64,000 bases of DNA, from NCBI GenBank assembly GCA_037447605.1, contig CM074806.1:4402001-4466000 (forward strand), given 5' to 3'. The notes beneath the pieces were generated by a model, which saw only the letters and a list, made by a program, of their open reading frames with translations, made no database searches and was not told the DNA's origin. Made by a program: the position numbers and the translations under genes. Of the stretch, positions 58,265-64,000 are shown piece after piece (positions within the stretch are counted from its first letter, which is position 1; each line of letters starts with the position of its first letter). This DNA is from Zygnema circumcarinatum SAG 698-1b (taxonomy: Eukaryota > Plantae > Zygnematophyceae).

Positions 58265-60064
58265 CTACACGTTGTAATTCTCCACATACCATTTGTAGGT
58301 CTCAGTGAGTCCATCCTTGAGAGAGATCTTGGCTTCCCATCCCAAAGCAGCAAGCTTTGCATTGTCCATAAGTTTCCTAGGTGTTCCGTCCGGCTTTGTG
58401 GAGTCCCATGTGAGCTCACCCTCGAACCCAACAACCTCCTTCACCAACTCAGCCAATTCCTTGATAGTGACTTCCTTCCCACTGCCCATATTGAGGTGTG
58501 GTAAGTCGCTGTAGCTGTTCATCAGGAACAGGCACGCGTCTGCAACCCACAAACATCATTTTCCCCACTCTGAAAGGTCACACCTTGCTCTGATTCATGC
58601 TGGCTGCAAATTGCCAGAGGGCCTCAACTTGACAAAACTGCCTTATTTGTAACTTGAGTGAAAACAACCACTCTGAAAGGCAGCATCTTCCTCACCTGCC
58701 AGATCGTCCACGTGCAGAAATTCTCGGAGGGGTGAGCCAGTGCCCCAGCAAACCACCTCCTTGGCTGCATTCTTCTTAGCTTCATGGAATCTGCGGATGA
58801 GGGCCGGCAGCACATGGGAATTCTCGGGATGGAAGTTGTCGTGTGGTCCATACAAGTTGGTTGGCATGCCGGAAATGGCATCCCATCCGTACTGCAAAGG
58901 TTAACAGCAAGCAGCAAGAATTAAATAAAAAATGAAGCATCCACTGGTAGTTGTGACTTTTGCAATCTGGACCCACAAGAGCAATTAGGCAAATAAACCA
59001 ATCAAACCCACGTAGAGAAAAGTTGCAGTTGCTGAAGACTTAGCAGTGTAAAGGCAAAAGTGCTGCCAACCAGATCCAAAACGACCTCCACATTTCGGCC
59101 AAATGTAATTTTCAGAGCTAATACTTGTTAGTATTTATTAGTTCAGACCTAGAAACAATATAACGTCCCGCTTCATGAGAAAGCCTCCATTTTTTAACAG
59201 TAGACGAGGAGCGAAAATGTACGGGCGGATGGAAAGGATGGAAGGGACCTAATCTTTACAGGCCCTTAAGGAAGTTGGCTGCCTTTTGAAGCTTTTCAGA
59301 CAAACAGTGCTCCAAATTCCATTTCAAACTGTTATTTTTTTTGCCACACACTGTTTGATATGCAGGAATAGGCACCAAGTCACCACTTGGTAAACTGCAG
59401 TGAAGCTCTGACATAGAGACTCACCATGCGAAACTGGTTATCCACTACAAGAAGCAGCATTGCCGCGAATACGAGCACAAGGGGAGAGGGAGAGAGAGAG
59501 TAAGAGATGAATATAAATCCAACCGTGGGACTTCGACACACAGACACACTGACAAGTCGGATTACCATACAGAAACGTTCTGCATCCTTTGCTCACCTGC
59601 AAGCGGTAGGCTTGACACATCTTAATCCCCGCAATCTTCGCAATGGCATACCACTCATTGGTGGGCTCGAGCGGGCCCGTGAGAAGCGAATCCTCCGGAA
59701 TCGGCTGCGGAGCAAACTTGGGGTAAATGCAGGAAGACCCGAGGAAGAGGAGCTTCTTCACGCCGAACTTGTACGCCGCATCAATCACATTCACTTGGAT
59801 CTGCAAGTTGAGTCCGATGAAGTCCGCGGGATATGTGTTGTTGGCGTGGATTCCGCCGACCTTTGCTGCAGCAATAATCGCATAGTCAGGGCGCTCGCTC
59901 TCATAGAAGGCCTCTACATCCGCCTGCCGCGTGAGATCGAGCTCCTTGTGAGTGCGCGTGACGAGGTTGGTGTAGCCCTCGCTTTGCAGACGCCGCACTA
60001 CGGCAGCTCCAACAAGGCCGCGGTGTCCCGCCACGTAGATCTTCGCCTCCTTCTCCATCACCAT
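58265..60064 (-). CDS. GER1: GDP-L-fucose synthase (GDP-4-keto-6-deoxymannose epimerase/reductase), 3 exons
   Basis: Exons 60064-59597 ([33 protein letters not shown]), 58891-58696 ([23 protein letters not shown]) and 58539-58265 ([11 protein letters not shown]). Confidence 0.96.
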
Positions 60065-60623
60065 GGCTGCTGCAGCTGCGCCTGCTGTTAGAGTGTTGAA
60101 GGGGAAGGATAGGGGAGCAGATGGGGAGAGAGGTCGACTGGAAGAGGATGCAGAGAGGAGATGAGGGAGAGGGTGGGAGGGGGTGGGAGAGAAGTGAGAG
60201 GAGCGCGCGAGAGAGAGAGAGCGCGAGAGAGGGAGATAGGGAGAGGAGGGTAGAGAAGGAGAGAGTAGAGAGACGAAGCAGGAGAGGAAAGCAACCATCC
60301 CTTCTGGGTCCCTCCCAGGACTTCATGGGACCGGCCATTCTATTTAACATTATAGATCCAGTCGCAGTTCCAGTTAAGCTTACAGTTGAAGTCATAGTTT
60401 CATTCCAGTCCAGTTTTTTTTCAGTTAAAGTTACAGTTAGAGTTTCAGAATTTATTTAGGGAATTTTTAAAACGAATGGCTGCTTTTACCAAACCCGTTC
60501 ATACATGGTCGTCGTGCCAGATTCGCGTCTGGAACCGGTTCCGGTCTGCCCTCCAACGGCACAGAGGCGCATGGGACGCCTTGTCTTTCTCGCCCTCTAC
60601 CTCTCCCTCCCTCTCGCTCTCTG

Positions 60624-60663
<40 letters not shown>

Positions 60664-60740
60664 CCTCTGCGAGGCGTGCCCTCCACGTGTCAGCCCTGCC
60701 GCGCCCGCCCGGTGATGCGAGGACCGCTGGGGGCCCCGCC

Positions 60741-62941
60741 ATGGCGACGGGGTGGCCGCCTCCAGCAGCCTCCCCCCCCGGTACATTGTCGCTTCCCGCT
60801 CTCCACCCCCCTGCAGGAACGACAACATACCTTTTCATCGGTGCTGGCTGGGCATTAGGGTTAGGGTTATGATCAGAAAGCTTCATGGCTCACAAGTTAT
60901 GGTCAAGCATGCCTCATATTACTGTCAGGGCAAGGGTGAGGGTGGTTATGATCAGGATCATTGGTAGAGGTAGATGCAGAGGTATGGTTAGGGTTAGATT
61001 TAGGGTTAGGTCGGGATCAGGATTAGGATTAGGTTTGGGTTAGGGTTAGGGTTAGGATTAGGGTTAGGGTTAGTGTTAGGGTTAGGTTTAGGATTAGGGT
61101 TACGGTTAGGGTTAGAGTTAAGGTGAAGTCAGGACGAAGGCTGAGGTCGATTCAGAGCTAGGGTTAGATTTAAGGGGTAGCATTTGGATAAAGGTTAATG
61201 TTTTTTGTAAGCATCAGAGCTAGAATAGGTTGTCTATGATTAGAGTCAGGGAAAATTAGGGTAACTTCAGGTTTGGGTTAGGGAGAGGTTTGCGGCTTGC
61301 ATTGGGTTTAGAGTTAACTAGAGTCGTGCTTAGAAAGAGAATTTGGGTTGGGTTGAATAAGCAGTATTTTCCTTGTCCTGAAGTTTGCAGTCTCTCGGGG
61401 AATGCAGGCTGCAGGCGGCGGACCTCTTTGGAGCATTTAGAGGATGTTAATGTGCAGCCACTGCCCATTCACGTAGTGACACGTGTCAGTCAGCTTCCTG
61501 CATCATTTAGGGAGCCCTCTGTGCACTGTCCTATTGTGATCGGGTTCGACTGCGAGGGAGTCGACTTGGCACGCTATGGACGGCTATGTATCATGCAGGT
61601 ACAGCAGTGTTCTTTCTTTTTTTTATTCCTCCCGGTTGGATCGATTTTCCCGGAATAAATAAGTACCCTTTCGAGACTTAGAAGGCACGCATGATGCCGG
61701 CCAAGCTGTTATTTTGCGGTTGTGATAGGCTTCTGGATACTATATAGACTATGTCCTACTCTTGCCCTCTTAGCTCTGTCATTTTGATGATGGATTTCTT
61801 GCATTATGTTCAATTTTTGGAAATCCATGGGTTTGTTGTTCTTCTGATAGTGGGATTTATTTGTAATTAGCACTTGTCAGCGTAGGCGACACCTTTATTG
61901 TCCGTAGGCTGTCTTGTTGAGTCAAAATGCTGCGTCTTTTTGGCGATGAGACTCTCCGTGAATCGAATAGGAGCCGTCAGAGATAAGCTGGAGAATTGAA
62001 TGTGTTCAAGAGAATGTGCGATTTTTTTTTTTTTTTTGTTTTTTTTTTCTGAGATTTTGAGGGCTTTCATTTTGGGCTGGGTGTGGCAGCTGGCTTGGGA
62101 GAATGAGGTTTATCTTGTAGATGCTGTTGTCGGAGGGGAGACGCTTATGGAGGGGTGTCGGAAGGGACTGGAGAGCCCATATGTGACGAAGGTGGTGCAT
62201 GACTGCAAGCGCGATAGTGAGGTAAAGTTTCTTGTATGGTTCAATGGCTTGTGCGTCGATTCAGCTTTAAGTTGCTTCATAAGAAAAGTCCTCAAATTCT
62301 TCCTTAGTTTACTCACGATCGCGAATTGTCGTTACTAGTGGAAAACACACCGAATCACACACAATTTGACTTTGATAGGTGTAAGTATGAAGTTGCATGC
62401 ATAAGGAGTAACCACAATAGAAGAAAGGACACCACTCTTAAGAGGCATGTTTGAGTTTCTTGATGTAGTTGCTAGTTTTGTTTCAATAGTCTCTGTTTCC
62501 ATATGGGAGCGGTGTCCTGATTATAGAGCATTTGTCCTTGTGCAGTTTTAATCTAGTGGCGACTGTTTCTCTTAACCTTGTTGAAAACCATCATTGCGTG
62601 ATCTGTTTGCAGGCGCTGTACTTTCAGTATAATATCAAGTTGCAAGGCGTTTTTGATACGCAGGTATTTGCCTGTTGCCCACTTTTCCAAGATCTCTAGC
62701 GATCATGTTTTGAAGAAGTTGATTTCTGTTTAAAGCCAGTTATAGGTTTCGCCCCCGAAAAATTTTCCCTGCTCCCTTCGTCTCCAACTCCACTTCCCTA
62801 CTGTCTCGCCTACTTGTTCTTCTCATCCACTCCCGGCCCAGTGACCCAGTAACTTCGTCCATTAGTCCCTTAACCCCCTGTCTCTCCCCCTCTCTCCCTC
62901 CCCCTTTCTCCTTTCCCCTCCCTGTCCCCCTCCCTCTCCCT

Positions 62942-62972
<31 letters not shown>

Positions 62973-64000
62973 CATCCCCATCTCCTCCCCTCTCCCCACT
63001 TTCGCTCCCTCTCCTTCCCCTCCCCCTCTCTCGCCCTCCCCTCCGTCGTACTCTCCCACTCCCTCTCCCTGTTTCCCCGGAAAAAAGCAGGTCAGCGTTG
63101 CACCTAGAAACGAGAGGGGGTTGGCATGCTGCAGATCGCCTTCTCTATGATAGAGGAGTTGGAGGGCCGTCCAAGGAGGGTCGATGACTGCATCTCTTTT
63201 GTTGACCTGCTCGCTGATGAACGCTATTGCGGTACGTTTCAGTCTTGGTCACGGGCAGCATTAACATAGAGGTTTCTTTCTAGTAAAAATCTGTGTTTTA
63301 CTAATTTACATTAGGAGCATTACATTAAGGTGCCCCAGTTGTTAGAAAGCATTCCAGCCCAAGTGCTGAAGTCGATTTTGAGGGCTTTGTTCTTAATGGT
63401 TCGTGCCAAGGTTTAGGATTTTAGAAGCTACATCCCGGGTATGGTTTGCAAATGTTCAAATACATAAAAAACACTTTAATGAACGAAACTTAACATGCGG
63501 AATGTGCATATGTCGCTTTTTTATGGCTGCAGGGGTTGTGTACGATGAGAAGCAGGAGGTGCGAGACATCATGCGGCAGGTAGGCGATAGAACAGGCTCA
63601 GAAAACATTCATTCAAGTTCAATTGTCTCCATCATAACACTTCCTCCCTCCCTTCCTCCCTTCCTCTCCTTCCTCTCCTTCCTCCCTCACTTCCTCCTCA
63701 CCATTCTGCCCCTCTCTCGACCACCCCTTGACCTTTCTCAGGATAAAGAGTTCTGGGTGCATCGGCCATGGACACCCATGATGGAGAGAGTGGCAGCAGA
63801 TGATGTGCGGTTCCTCTACCGCATCTACTCTCGCATGAGAGAGAGGTTGGAAGGACAGCAATGGGCCCTGCAAGTGCTGGCGAGGAGAAGCTCCCTCTAC
63901 TGCCGCTGCTTCTGTGTGGGAGAGATGGACTGGCCCGGGGATAGTCCTATCGCAGGAGGTAGGGTTCTTCTTTCATTTTTACGAGCGTTTTATATTCGGT
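60741..64000 (+). CDS. 3'-5' exonuclease (DEDDy, EXD1/At2g25910-like), truncated by the window end
   Basis: Putative exon 1 60741-60780, then 61408-61598 (VIGFDCEGVDLARYGRLCIMQ), 62090-62221 (KVVHDCKRDSE), 62613-62663 (ALYFQYNIKLQGVFDTQ), 63135-63231, 63533-63579, 63742-~63958 (FWVHRP..AADDVRFL..Y..M). Exon 1 is inferred from phase compatibility only. Confidence 0.85.
60988..61180 (+). repeat. Interstitial telomere-like (TTAGGG)n array, about 22 near-consensus units decaying rightwards
   Basis: e.g. GGTTAGGGTTAGGGTTAGGATTAGGGTTAGGGTTAGTGTTAGGGTTAGG. Smaller patches at 60855-60866 and 61255-61320. Confidence 0.93.

Noticed and set aside
59507-60091. 194-aa plus-strand ORF, and similar antisense ORFs over the mTERF, flotillin and INTS7 exons
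   Set aside because: They are antisense shadows of well-supported coding exons on the other strand.

Overview
A gene-dense, intron-rich stretch of nuclear DNA from the green plant lineage. The plant-type gene set and abundant (CT)n/(GA)n tracts suggest a streptophyte alga, but this is inference. Gene models were built by eye from recalled homology plus GT/GC-AG junctions. In order: two head-to-head flotillin paralogs; a large Ig-like-repeat multi-pass membrane protein (At3g48200-like); a ~17-kb rearranged accessory block (~20.5-37.2 kb); then CRTISO-like FAD oxidoreductase, CDPF1, INTS7, a TEY MAP kinase, ISCA2, a DUF2358 protein, GDP-L-fucose synthase and a 3'-5' exonuclease running off the right edge. 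The accessory block holds four tandem mTERF genes with no intron in the CDS (one 5'-truncated), long-TIR MITE-like elements, out-of-order Tudor-SN pseudogene fragments, a truncated copy and a promoter-only copy of the CRTISO-like gene, and a perfect 13-bp minisatellite. It is the best candidate for something new: a TIR-associated, rapidly diversifying organelle-targeted mTERF array resembling restorer-of-fertility-like clusters. Also notable are vertebrate-type (TTAGGG)n arrays on the sense strand of putative first introns, and many introns with purine-rich 3' ends. No rRNA, tRNA or CRISPR array was found. Two 10-N gaps (8066-8075, 31469-31478) limit certainty locally.
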